The translations under genes were made by a program, and so were the position numbers. Below the pieces are notes generated by a model. It ran no database searches and was not told where the DNA came from. It saw only the letters and a list, made by a program, of their open reading frames with translations. Source: an uncultured Bacteroidales bacterium (lineage in GTDB: Bacteria > Bacteroidota > Bacteroidia > Bacteroidales > UBA932). From it: a stretch of DNA of 64,000 bases. The first letter of the stretch is position 1; each line of letters begins with the position of its first letter. The DNA lies in the NCBI GenBank assembly GCA_947367315.1, contig CANBDX010000001.1, positions 16,305-80,304 of the forward strand. The letters are read 5' to 3'. This document shows positions 32,059-41,197 of the stretch, one piece after another.

Positions 32059-33222
32059 ATGAAACATATATTATATATTGTATTGATGTTCGCAGGTGCT
32101 CTTCTGAGTGCCTGCGCGCATTATGTTCCAGAGGTGGGGCCTTCTGTGGAGCCTGCTATGGAGACTCTTGTTACAGAGGTCAGAGACGGCTATGAATGCC
32201 GTTTTGTGGAGTTCTCAGTGGAACCTTCTGAGAGGATTAAAGCCTATCTTCTGATTCCGGACGGAGCATCTGAGGGGGAGATGTATCCCGCAGTGCTTAT
32301 GCTTCATGACCATGGTGCCCGTTTTGATATCGGCAAGGAGAAACTTGTCAAGCCTATAGCTTCCGTGACGCCAGGAGGCTCCGACGGTTACGGCATGAGG
32401 TCTTCGCGTCAGTGGGTGGACAAGAATTTCGATGGAGTATATGTGGCGGATTCTCTGGCACGTCATGGATATGTGGTCCTTGTTGCGGATGCATTATACT
32501 GGGGCGGAAGGTCCACCGATGATGCTCAGACATGGTCCCGGATGAACTTCGATGACACATACGTATTTCCCGAGAGGGATACTGTCGTCATGGAAGGTGA
32601 GATCAAGGTGGAAACTGATGGCGCGAAAATCAGGAAAGCCGTCATCAGGCGTCAGAAGGAAACCGTTTACGAGGGACAGAGGAAGATGTATGCCGAGCTT
32701 GAGGCCAAGGGCGTGATCTGGGCAGAGAAGATGCTTCGCGATGACGCGGCATGCGTGGATCTGCTTGCAGGACTTCCATATGTGGACAAGCATCGTATCG
32801 GAGCTTTCGGATTCTCCATGGGTGCACACCGCTGCTGGATGCTTTCGGCTTTCTGCGATGGTGTTAAGTGTGGAGTGGCACTTTCATGGATGAGTGCTCT
32901 TGAGAGCTATGAGGGTGGTCATGCCTCAGACTTGGCTATGTGTATCCAGCCTATGCGCGACCAGATGGACTTCGGCGACATCGGAAAGTTCCTGGCTCCA
33001 AAGCCGATGCTTTTCCTTAACGGTGAGACAGACCATCTTTTTGCCAAGGAAGTCGTTGAGGTGGCATTCGGAAAGCTTCATAGTCACTATGCCTCTTATA
33101 ACAAGTACCGCGGTATCGATGGTTCAGGCCCTCTCCGCACTCAGTTCTTCGACGGAGGCCACTACTGCAGCAAACGCGAACAGGTCACCATCTTCAGCTA
33201 CTTCGACGAACATCTGAAATAA
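32059..33222 (+). CDS. Lipoprotein alpha/beta-hydrolase (dienelactone hydrolase-like)
   Basis: Lipobox LSAC, LHDHG, GFSMG nucleophile, APKP.LFLNG..D, GGH. Confidence 0.75.
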   Translation: MKHILYIVLMFAGALLSACAHYVPEVGPSVEPAMETLVTEVRDGYECRFVEFSVEPSERIKAYLLIPDGASEGEMYPAVLMLHDHGARFDIGKEKLVKPIASVTPGGSDGYGMRSSRQWVDKNFDGVYVADSLARHGYVVLVADALYWGGRSTDDAQTWSRMNFDDTYVFPERDTVVMEGEIKVETDGAKIRKAVIRRQKETVYEGQRKMYAELEAKGVIWAEKMLRDDAACVDLLAGLPYVDKHRIGAFGFSMGAHRCWMLSAFCDGVKCGVALSWMSALESYEGGHASDLAMCIQPMRDQMDFGDIGKFLAPKPMLFLNGETDHLFAKEVVEVAFGKLHSHYASYNKYRGIDGSGPLRTQFFDGGHYCSKREQVTIFSYFDEHLK

Positions 33223-33224
33223 AC

Positions 33225-33526
33225 TTGTGCACAGGGGGTGCAGCTTGTGCCGGGTGTGCACATGAATCCTCGTCTGGCGGTCTCCCAAGGCCTTCTGTTG
33301 TGCACAGGGGGTAGGAATAATCCCGACTGTGTACAGACTTTGTTCGGGATTTGGGCTATTTTCCCGGATGAGTCTCCTGACGATGGTGTCTTTGTCCGGG
33401 AAACCCTGCGTTTTTCCGGATAGACCCTCTCTTTATGATGCTCCTATCCGGGATTTCCTATGTTTTTCCGGATAGCTCCTCTCTGAAATGCCTTCCTATC
33501 CGGGATTTCCTATGTTTTTCCGGACG
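33225..33526. repeat. Intergenic palindromic repeat cluster: two TTGTGCACAGGGGGT...TGTGYACA units plus four 30-bp TRTYCGGG...TYCCGGA units at 52-bp period
   Basis: Class 1 units at 33225 and 33298; class 2 units at 33341, 33393, 33445 and 33497. Confidence 0.85.
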
Positions 33527-33626
33527 AGGTCACCCGTCATTGCGAGTATTTCCCCTTCACGTTAAAAATGTTTTCTTAAACAAGGATTTTATGTAAATTC
33601 GCAGGTTAATCAATTGACTGTAACCT

Positions 33627-36110
33627 ATGAAGAAGATACTTAGTCTTGTTATTCTCCCGATAGTTCTGTTTTGTGGCTTCACTATTTCGCTTTCAGCTCA
33701 GGCCGGGAGCGTGCTGACTCTTGACGAGGGTTCCTTCCGTCTTGAGCAGACGAACGCTCTGGGAGGCGTGAATATCGACCCGATCGGGAAGGACCGTTCG
33801 AACCGTGCGTGCTTCCGTCTGAAGCTTCATCTGGACAGGATGACTCCCGAGGATATAAGGCAGGTGGAAGTGAAGGTGCTGGGTGGAAACGTGGTCATGA
33901 TGAAGAAGGAGGTGGCCTCCGGTGGCAACGGACTGATTCTCGAGATGACGGCAAGACCTGAGACTAGGTTCTATATAAAGCATCCATCTTTGGGAGAGTC
34001 TAATACAGTGACTATCAGCCCCGAAGCCGACAAGGTCTATCTTATGGACGGTTGGGCAGACCAGAAGCTGACGGTGGTTGTCTATTGTGCCAAGCCTGGA
34101 GCAGAGGTGTGGCTGGACGGAGCATACAGAGGGAAGATCGGTCCGGATAACACGCTGAATATTCCGGATGTCATGGCCGGAACACATTCAATCAAGGTGC
34201 AGTACGGCGATGATACTTCAGAGCAGTCAATAGACGTGTCTCCGACTAAGGTTTCGTTCAACATCGAACTCAAGAGCGCGGCCCATCTTCAGCAGCTTGT
34301 GGTATTCAATGTGACTCCTGCGGATGCCTTGGTGGAGCTTGATGGCAGGATGCTGGTCGTCAATGGCGGCCAGGCTATGGAACTTGTGAAGTTCGGTACA
34401 TATTCATATAGTGTGGCTGCGGCGAACTATCATTCTGAGACTGGTGTTGTGACTGTGAACGATAACAGAAGCAAGAAAATCGTCACCGTAAATCTTAAGC
34501 CGGCTTTCGGATGGATTGAAGTCGGAGGCGCTTCTGCAGAGGGTGCATATGTGTATGTGGACAACAGGATGATAGGCAAGGCTCCAATCAAGAGTGATAT
34601 GCTCTCAAGCGGATCCCATGTAGTGAAGATTGTCAAGTCGCTTTATAAAGGCTATGAGATGACAGTAAATGTAGCAGACGGCCAAGTAACCCGTCTCGAT
34701 CCGGCCTTGCAGGCGGATTATTCTGATGTGACACTGACTGTCGCCGGCAATGCCGAGATAAGGGTTAATGGGGAGCTTAAGGGTAGAGGCACTTGGAAAG
34801 GAAAGCTTGGAAGCGGAGCCTATCTTGTCGAGACGCGCAAGGATGGTCACCGTCCCGCCACTACTACTGTTACAGTGTCCGGAACATCCTCATCTCAGAC
34901 AGTTACTCTTACTCCTCCCGAACCAGTTTACGGAGTCCTGTATGTGAAGTCCGACCAGAATTCAGCAGAAGTCTATCTGGACGGCGCCCACATAGGCCAG
35001 ACCCCTCTTTATCTTCCAGAGACACTTATCGGAAACCACACTCTTAAGCTCACCAAATCCGGCTATGCCGACTGGACGGGAAACGTAACTGTGGAGGAAG
35101 ACCGTATAGCCGAGGTTAATGCTACTCTTCAGGGCAGGGTCCCTGTTACTTTTACAACCACCCTTTCCGGCGCCCAGCTCTATCTCGACGGTGTCCTCCT
35201 TGGCCCTGCCAACAGAACTTATGATGTGGCTTTAGGCAGACATACGGCTATATGCAGGGTTCCCGGCAAGAACTACATAACCATGGTGATTAATGTAGAT
35301 CAGAGTCGTGAGAGTCATCTCGTGAACTTTACTCCATCGCAGAATGTTAATCTTCCCGAGCCTAAGAACAATAGAAACAAGGATGACGAACATAGTTTCG
35401 GCGCTGCACGCGAGACTATCACCGTGAACGGGGTCTCTTTCGACATGATTATGGTGGAAGGCGGCACTTTCACTATGGGTGCGACTTCGGAGCAGGGAAG
35501 CGATGCGGAGAGCGTTGAAAAGCCGACTCACCTGGTTACCCTTTCAGATTATTATATTGGCGAGACGGAAGTCACTCAGGCTTTATGGCAGGCAGTGATG
35601 GGCAGCAACCCAAGCTCGTTTAAGGGAAACAGCAACCCTGTCGAGTCTGTTTCCTGGAATGACTGTCAGGAGTTTATACGCAAGCTGAATTCTCTTACCG
35701 GCCGTACTTTCCGACTACCGACCGAAGCCGAGTGGGAGTTCGCAGCCCGAGGCGGCAATAAGTCCAAAGGCTATAAATATGCAGGTAGCAACAGCATAGA
35801 CAATGTAGCCTGGTACACATCCAACTCAAGTTCCAAGACTCACGCTGTGAAGACTAAGTCTCCTAACGAGCTTGGAATATACGACATGTCCGGCAATGTA
35901 TGGGAACGGTGTCAGGACTGTTACGGCTCCTACAGCAGCAATGCCCAGACCAACCCTAAGGGGCCTTCAATCGGCTCCTTGCCCGTTTTGCGCGTTTTGC
36001 GCGGGGGCAGCTGGTTCAACAACGCCTGGTACTGCCGCGTGTCGAAGCGCGGCACCTCCTCGCCGGACTTCAGGGACGACTTCGGCCTGCGCCTGGTGCT
36101 CGTCCCATAG
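33627..36110 (+). CDS. Secreted multi-PEGA protein with C-terminal FGE-sulfatase (SUMF1, C-type-lectin fold) domain; candidate DGR target
   Basis: Signal peptide, repeated GA.V.LDG...G.TP PEGA units, GGTFTMG, ETEVTQ, RLPTEAEWEFAARGG, DMSGNVWE, RGGSW...GLRL. Confidence 0.88.
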   Translation: MKKILSLVILPIVLFCGFTISLSAQAGSVLTLDEGSFRLEQTNALGGVNIDPIGKDRSNRACFRLKLHLDRMTPEDIRQVEVKVLGGNVVMMKKEVASGGNGLILEMTARPETRFYIKHPSLGESNTVTISPEADKVYLMDGWADQKLTVVVYCAKPGAEVWLDGAYRGKIGPDNTLNIPDVMAGTHSIKVQYGDDTSEQSIDVSPTKVSFNIELKSAAHLQQLVVFNVTPADALVELDGRMLVVNGGQAMELVKFGTYSYSVAAANYHSETGVVTVNDNRSKKIVTVNLKPAFGWIEVGGASAEGAYVYVDNRMIGKAPIKSDMLSSGSHVVKIVKSLYKGYEMTVNVADGQVTRLDPALQADYSDVTLTVAGNAEIRVNGELKGRGTWKGKLGSGAYLVETRKDGHRPATTTVTVSGTSSSQTVTLTPPEPVYGVLYVKSDQNSAEVYLDGAHIGQTPLYLPETLIGNHTLKLTKSGYADWTGNVTVEEDRIAEVNATLQGRVPVTFTTTLSGAQLYLDGVLLGPANRTYDVALGRHTAICRVPGKNYITMVINVDQSRESHLVNFTPSQNVNLPEPKNNRNKDDEHSFGAARETITVNGVSFDMIMVEGGTFTMGATSEQGSDAESVEKPTHLVTLSDYYIGETEVTQALWQAVMGSNPSSFKGNSNPVESVSWNDCQEFIRKLNSLTGRTFRLPTEAEWEFAARGGNKSKGYKYAGSNSIDNVAWYTSNSSSKTHAVKTKSPNELGIYDMSGNVWERCQDCYGSYSSNAQTNPKGPSIGSLPVLRVLRGGSWFNNAWYCRVSKRGTSSPDFRDDFGLRLVLVP
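35973..36110 (+). other. Putative DGR variable region
   Basis: Terminal ~45 codons of an FGE-fold domain; about 68% GC in 36001-36110 by hand count; variable positions are NNC codons derivable from AAC. Confidence 0.6.
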
Positions 36111-36133
36111 TTACTCGTCGGCATCTATCCTGA

Positions 36134-36163
36134 CGGCCACAACAACAGACTGTTATGTGGCCG
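36134..36163 (+). other. Hairpin downstream of the putative VR (CGGCCACA...TGTGGCCG)
   Basis: 8-bp outer stem plus AACA/TGTT inner stem, starting 24 bp after the stop; no U-tract. Confidence 0.5.
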
Positions 36164-36260
36164 GAAGCTCACTTCTATGAGGTGACCACAAAATGGCGCA
36201 TTCCTTTCTGCGAGCTGACACGGGGTTTTGCTACTTATTCCTTGTTTGTTGCCGCAGTAC

Positions 36261-36292
36261 AAAAAACGGGGCCTGACCAATGGTCAGCCCCG
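36261..36292 (-). terminator. Intrinsic terminator for uxaC (possibly bidirectional)
   Basis: AAAAAA-CGGGGCCTGACC-AAT-GGTCAGCCCCG. Confidence 0.75.
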
Positions 36293-36329
36293 AATTTATT
36301 TTCAGCCCTGCATCTATAGCCTGTCGGTT

Positions 36330-37781
36330 TTAGAAGTTGAAGTATCTGTCGGCGTTGTTGTAGGAGATATCCTTGACCATCTGGTGGATGAACTCAATTT
36401 CGCTCTTAGGAAGCTTTCCGTTCTGGATGTCCTCTCCGAGGAGGTTGCAGAGGATTCTGCGGAAGTACTCGTGACGAGGGTATGAAAGGAAGCTGCGTGA
36501 GTCTGTGAGCATTCCTACGAAGCGGCTGAGAAGGCCCAGTGATGATAGGGCATTCATCTGCTTCTTCATGCCGTCTTCCTGATCCAGGAACCACCAGCCG
36601 GATCCGAGCTGGATCTTGCCAGGGCATGAGCCGTCGTTGAATGTGTAAGCCATTGTAGCGAGCACCTCGTTGTCCTTAGGGTTGAGGTTGTAGAGGATGG
36701 TCTTGGTGAGCTTATCCTCCATAGCGAGCTTGTTGAGGAATTTATGTCCTGCAGCTGCGCATGCCACGTCATGGATCGCGTCGTATCCGGTGTCTGGGCC
36801 GAGGATGTTGAACATGCGTGTGTTGTTGTCGCGGATTGCTCCGATATGGAACTGCTGTGCCCAGCCTTTCTCGTGGTCCATTCGTGCGAAATCAAGGAGA
36901 ATTGCGCTCTTGAACTTGAGGACTTCCTGCTGGGTCGGCTGCTTGCCCTTAAGGGTGTTCTTGAAAATCTTATCGATCTCGTCCATCTCGAAGTCTTCTG
37001 CATAGAAGTTCTCGAGACCGTGGTCTGAGATGCGGCATCCCATTTCATGGAAGAAGTCCTGACGCTTGCGCAGGGCATCAAGGAGGTCCTGATAGTTGTT
37101 GATCTCGACTCCAGAGATTGCGCTGAGCTTTTGGATATATTCCTTGTACTGCTCAGGCTTCTCCACAACCATAGCCTTGTCCGGACGCCATGTAGGGAGC
37201 ACCTTCACGCCGAAAGGATTGTCCTTGATCTGCTGGTGATATTCGAGAGTGTCTGCAGGGTCGTCAGTGGTGCAGACTACCTTCACGTTGAATCTCTTCA
37301 TCAGCTCCTGACCTCTGAACTCCTCTGTCTGGAGCTTTGCAGTACATTCGTCGTAGATGGCACGTGCTGTCTTCGGGCTCAGAAGTTCGTTCACCCCGAA
37401 TATTCTTGCGAGCTCGAGATGTGTCCAGTGGTAGAGAGGGTTTCTCATGGTATAAGGCACGGTCTCGGCCCATTTCTCGAATTTCTCATAGCTGCCGCGT
37501 GCGCCTGTGATGAACTCTTCAGGCACACCGTTGCCTCTCATAGCCCTCCACTTGTAGTGGTCTCCACCGAGCCATACCTCTGTGAGGTCCTTGAACTGGT
37601 AGTTGTCTGCAATCATCTTAGGCACGAGGTGGCAGTGGTAGTCGATGATAGGCATGTTCTCTGCGCTCTCGTGGTATAGCTCACGTGCGTAGTCGTTGGT
37701 GAGCATGAAGTCGTCGTGGATGAAAGGCTTTGAGCCTGTCAGTCCGTCAAGATTTCCCTTTACTTTAGATAGAAAGTCCAT
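36330..37781 (-). CDS. uxaC: Glucuronate/galacturonate isomerase
   Basis: IIDYHCHL, GDHYKWR.MR, NPLYHW, GSGWWF.D, GMLTDSRSFLSY.RHEYFRR. Confidence 0.96.
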   Translation of the reverse strand: MDFLSKVKGNLDGLTGSKPFIHDDFMLTNDYARELYHESAENMPIIDYHCHLVPKMIADNYQFKDLTEVWLGGDHYKWRAMRGNGVPEEFITGARGSYEKFEKWAETVPYTMRNPLYHWTHLELARIFGVNELLSPKTARAIYDECTAKLQTEEFRGQELMKRFNVKVVCTTDDPADTLEYHQQIKDNPFGVKVLPTWRPDKAMVVEKPEQYKEYIQKLSAISGVEINNYQDLLDALRKRQDFFHEMGCRISDHGLENFYAEDFEMDEIDKIFKNTLKGKQPTQQEVLKFKSAILLDFARMDHEKGWAQQFHIGAIRDNNTRMFNILGPDTGYDAIHDVACAAAGHKFLNKLAMEDKLTKTILYNLNPKDNEVLATMAYTFNDGSCPGKIQLGSGWWFLDQEDGMKKQMNALSSLGLLSRFVGMLTDSRSFLSYPRHEYFRRILCNLLGEDIQNGKLPKSEIEFIHQMVKDISYNNADRYFNF

Positions 37782-37893
37782 AATATGTGGTTTTATAGTT
37801 TTGTCTTTTACAAATATCGTTTATATGTGGCTCATCGATGATGAAGAATCGTCCAAAAAAATATAAAAAATCGTCAAACCTTGTAAAATTAGC

Positions 37894-37914
37894 AAAATTT
37901 CCGTGACCGTGCAC
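37894..37914. promoter_or_regulatory. Candidate LacI-type operator AAAATTTCCGTGACCGTGCAC in the uxaC/uxaB divergent promoter
   Basis: 20/21 identical to the site at 41065; lies just upstream of the TATATTTG box (37926-37933). Confidence 0.6.
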
Positions 37915-38014
37915 ACTTTTTTACATATATTTGTATCATAACGTTTCCCTGCATGATATCACGAGTGTCATGCAGATACGTACTGACCGATAATCAATAT
38001 TAAAACAATAAACT

Positions 38015-39451
38015 ATGCAACCATTAAACAGACAGACCGCCAAGGTCAATCAGTATCCTACCAAAGTAATCCAGTTCGGAGAAGGCAACTTCCTCCGTGC
38101 ATTTGTAGATTGGATCATATGGAACACCAACCAGAAGACCGACTTCAACGCAGGTGTCGTTGTAGTACAGCCTATCGACAGGGGAATGGTGGACATGCTC
38201 AATGCTCAGGACGGTCTTTATCATGTAAACCTTCAAGGTATCGATAAGGGAGAAGCAGTTGATTCCATCCAGATGATTGACGTGATCAACGGCGGTCTCA
38301 ATCCATATACCCAGAATGACGAGTTCATGGCTCTTGCCGAAGATCCGAACATCCGCTTCGTGATTTCCAACACCACAGAGGCAGGTATTGCATTCGATCC
38401 TTCATGCAGGCTTGACGACAAGCCGGCATCGTCATATCCAGGCAAGCTCACCCAGCTCCTCTACCATAGATTCGAGCATTTCAAGGGTGACATGTCGAAG
38501 GGATTCATCATCCTTCCATGCGAGCTTATCTTCCTCAACGGAAAGGAACTCAAGAAGTGCATCTACCAGTACATAGAGCTGTGGCAGCTCGGCGATGAAT
38601 TCAAGACATGGTTCGAGCAGGCCTGCGGAGTTTACTGCACCCTCGTGGACCGTATCGTTCCGGGATATCCTAAGGACACCATCGCTCAGATTCATGAGCG
38701 CATCGGCTACAGCGACAATCTCGTGGTCAAGGGCGAGATCTTCCACCTCTGGGTGATCGAGGCTCCTGAGTCTGTGGCTGCCGAGTTCCCTGCAGACAAG
38801 GCCGGTCTGAACGTGCTCTTCGTACCGAGTGAGGCTCCATACCACGAAAGAAAGGTTACATTGCTGAACGGTCCTCATACAGTGCTCTCTCCTGTGGGTT
38901 ATCTCTCAGGACTTGACACCGTGAAGGAATGCGTGGAGGATCCTGAGGTAGGCGCATTCGTAAAGAAGGTGATGTATGAGGAACTCATGGAGACGCTCAA
39001 CCTTCCAAAGCCTGAGCTCCAGGCATTCGCAGATTCTGTTGTGGAGCGCTTCGTGAACCCTTATGTGAAGCATTTCGTGACCAGCATCATGCTTAACTCG
39101 TTCCCTAAGTACAAGACCCGCGACCTTCCTGGTCTGAAGACTTATCTTGAGCGCAAGGGGGAGCTTCCTAAGGGACTTGTTCTCGGACTTGCAGGAATCA
39201 TTACATATTATAAGGGCGGTTTCCGCGGTGATGTCGAGATCGTTCCTAACGATGATGCCGCTATCGTCGAGCTTCTCAAGAACCTCTGGGCAACAGGTGA
39301 TGTGCGTAAGGTGGCAGAAGGCGTTCTTGCGGCTGAGTTCATCTGGGGCGAGGACCTCAATGCAATCCCTGGTCTTACGGACATGCTCGCGTCAGACCTC
39401 GCACTCGTTCAGGCAGAAGGCATGCGTGCAGCAGTACGTTCAGTCCTATAA
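38015..39451 (+). CDS. uxaB: Tagaturonate reductase (altronate oxidoreductase)
   Basis: QFGEGNFLRAF, SNTTEAGI, PCELI, VDRIVPG, K..LLNGPH. Confidence 0.93.
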   Translation: MQPLNRQTAKVNQYPTKVIQFGEGNFLRAFVDWIIWNTNQKTDFNAGVVVVQPIDRGMVDMLNAQDGLYHVNLQGIDKGEAVDSIQMIDVINGGLNPYTQNDEFMALAEDPNIRFVISNTTEAGIAFDPSCRLDDKPASSYPGKLTQLLYHRFEHFKGDMSKGFIILPCELIFLNGKELKKCIYQYIELWQLGDEFKTWFEQACGVYCTLVDRIVPGYPKDTIAQIHERIGYSDNLVVKGEIFHLWVIEAPESVAAEFPADKAGLNVLFVPSEAPYHERKVTLLNGPHTVLSPVGYLSGLDTVKECVEDPEVGAFVKKVMYEELMETLNLPKPELQAFADSVVERFVNPYVKHFVTSIMLNSFPKYKTRDLPGLKTYLERKGELPKGLVLGLAGIITYYKGGFRGDVEIVPNDDAAIVELLKNLWATGDVRKVAEGVLAAEFIWGEDLNAIPGLTDMLASDLALVQAEGMRAAVRSVL

Positions 39452-39454
39452 TAA

Positions 39455-39553
39455 AGATTTCTCCACTCGCTTTGCTCGGTCGAAATGACAAAGTCGCTTG
39501 AGCGTTAGTGAAAGAAATGACAATCCTGTCATTCTGAATGAAGTGAAGAATCT
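39455..39553. repeat. REP-like GTCATT-type palindromic intergenic element
   Basis: AGATTTCTCC...CGAAATGACA (39455-39490), GAAATGACA (39514-39522) and the inverted partner TGTCATTCTGAATGAAGTGAAGAATCT (39527-39553). Confidence 0.65.
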
Positions 39554-39567
39554 ATAAACTTACATTT

Positions 39568-41061
39568 ATGGCAGAATTCATAAAGATAAACGTCGCCGAT
39601 AATGTGGCGGTGGCGATTCACGATGTCGAGGCTGGAGGCAGCTTCGACATCGATAGTACATCCCTTACCACCCTCGCCAGAATTCCAGCCGGCCATAAGG
39701 TGGCTCTGAAGGATATGGAGGCAGGGGAGGATGTGATCAAATACGGTTTCCCTATCGGACATCTCCTTCAGGCTGTTCCCCAGGGAGGACTTATCGACCA
39801 TGCCAACCTCAAGACCAACCTCGAAGGCTTGCTTGAATATACATATCAGCCTGACCTCACAGAGATCGCTCCGGCTTCCGACAAGGCATTCTTCAAGGGT
39901 TACCGTCGTGCTGGCGGCCGTGCCGGCATCCGCAACGAACTTTGGATCATTCCGACAGTAGGTTGCGTGAACGGTGTGGCTCAGAGCATCCAGAAGCAGT
40001 TTGAAAAAGAGCTCGAAAACTATCCGTCTATAGAAAAGGTTATAGCCTTCCCTCACAATTACGGATGTTCGCAGCTTGGCGGAGACCATGAGAATACCCG
40101 TAAGATACTTGCGGACATGGTGCATCATCCTAATGCTGCCGGTGTGCTTGTGGTGGCTCTGGGATGCGAAAACAACCAGCTCGGCGCATTCAGGGAGCTG
40201 GTCGGCCAGGTGGATGAAACCCGCGTGAAGTTCATGGAGTCGCAGAAGATCCAGGGCGACGAGGTGGAATACGGACTGGGCTTGATGCGTGAGATAGCAA
40301 GGGCTGCAGCAGACGATCATAGAGAGGATATCCCTGTCAGCGAGCTCAAGGTGGGACTAAAGTGCGGAGGCTCCGACGGATTCTCCGGCATCACCGCCAA
40401 TCCTCTCCTCGGACGCTTCTCAGACTGGATAGTGGCCCAGGGCGGAACCACGGTGCTTACGGAAGTTCCTGAAATGTTCGGTGCCGAGACTATTCTCATG
40501 TCGCGCTGCCAGGACGAAGCTACATTCGACAGGACCGTGCACCTCATAAACGACTTCAAGGCCTATTTCATGAAGAATGACCAGCCGGTCTATGAAAATC
40601 CGTCTCCGGGTAACAAGGCAGGCGGAATCTCCACTCTTGAAGAAAAATCCTTGGGATGTACCCAGAAGTCCGGCAACTCTATCGTGCGTGACGTGCTTCT
40701 CTACGGCGACAGGCTCAAGACCAAGGGCCTGAACCTCCTCAGTGCGCCTGGCAACGACCTCGTAGCTTCCACCGCTCTTGCAGCATCCGGATGCCAGATC
40801 GTACTTTTCACTACGGGCCGAGGCACGCCGTTCGGAACATTCGTGCCTACCGCAAAGATATCCACCAACAGCACCCTTGCCGCCAACAAGCCTCTCTGGA
40901 TAGACTTCAATGCCGGTGCAATCGTGGACGGCACCCCTGTAGAGGTAGTGGACAAGGCCTTTGTGGACTTCGTGCTGGGAGTTGCTTCGGGAGAGCATAC
41001 CAATAACGAGAAGTCCGGCTATAGTGAAATAGCTATCTTCAAGTCCGGCGTGACGCTGTAA
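39568..41061 (+). CDS. uxaA: Altronate dehydratase
   Basis: SAF domain (DNVAVA, GHKVAL, KYG), HNYGCSQLG, KCGGSD, NPSPGNKAGG, FTTGRGTP. Confidence 0.93.
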   Translation: MAEFIKINVADNVAVAIHDVEAGGSFDIDSTSLTTLARIPAGHKVALKDMEAGEDVIKYGFPIGHLLQAVPQGGLIDHANLKTNLEGLLEYTYQPDLTEIAPASDKAFFKGYRRAGGRAGIRNELWIIPTVGCVNGVAQSIQKQFEKELENYPSIEKVIAFPHNYGCSQLGGDHENTRKILADMVHHPNAAGVLVVALGCENNQLGAFRELVGQVDETRVKFMESQKIQGDEVEYGLGLMREIARAAADDHREDIPVSELKVGLKCGGSDGFSGITANPLLGRFSDWIVAQGGTTVLTEVPEMFGAETILMSRCQDEATFDRTVHLINDFKAYFMKNDQPVYENPSPGNKAGGISTLEEKSLGCTQKSGNSIVRDVLLYGDRLKTKGLNLLSAPGNDLVASTALAASGCQIVLFTTGRGTPFGTFVPTAKISTNSTLAANKPLWIDFNAGAIVDGTPVEVVDKAFVDFVLGVASGEHTNNEKSGYSEIAIFKSGVTL

Positions 41062-41064
41062 TAT

Positions 41065-41094
41065 AAAATTTCCGTGAACGTGCACGGAAATTTT
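41065..41094. promoter_or_regulatory. Palindrome AAAATTTCCGTG-AACGTG-CACGGAAATTTT; candidate operator and/or terminator between uxaA and kduI
   Basis: 12-bp perfect inverted repeat; left part is repeated at 37894; upstream of TAAATTTG (41116-41123). Confidence 0.65.
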
Positions 41095-41197
41095 TGTGAA
41101 TATGGAAATAATCATTAAATTTGGGGTTGGAATTTTTGTGATTCCGGCCCCAAATCTTGTATAAAATTGATTATTAACATTATAGCTTTTAATTATT

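Noticed and set aside
33238..33423. 61-aa ORF in the repeat cluster
   Set aside because: It is made of repeat sequence, has a GTG start, and has no leader or motif
33341..33526. CRISPR mini-array
   Set aside because: Linkers are only 22 bp and two resemble each other, the repeats are degenerate, and no cas genes or leader are present
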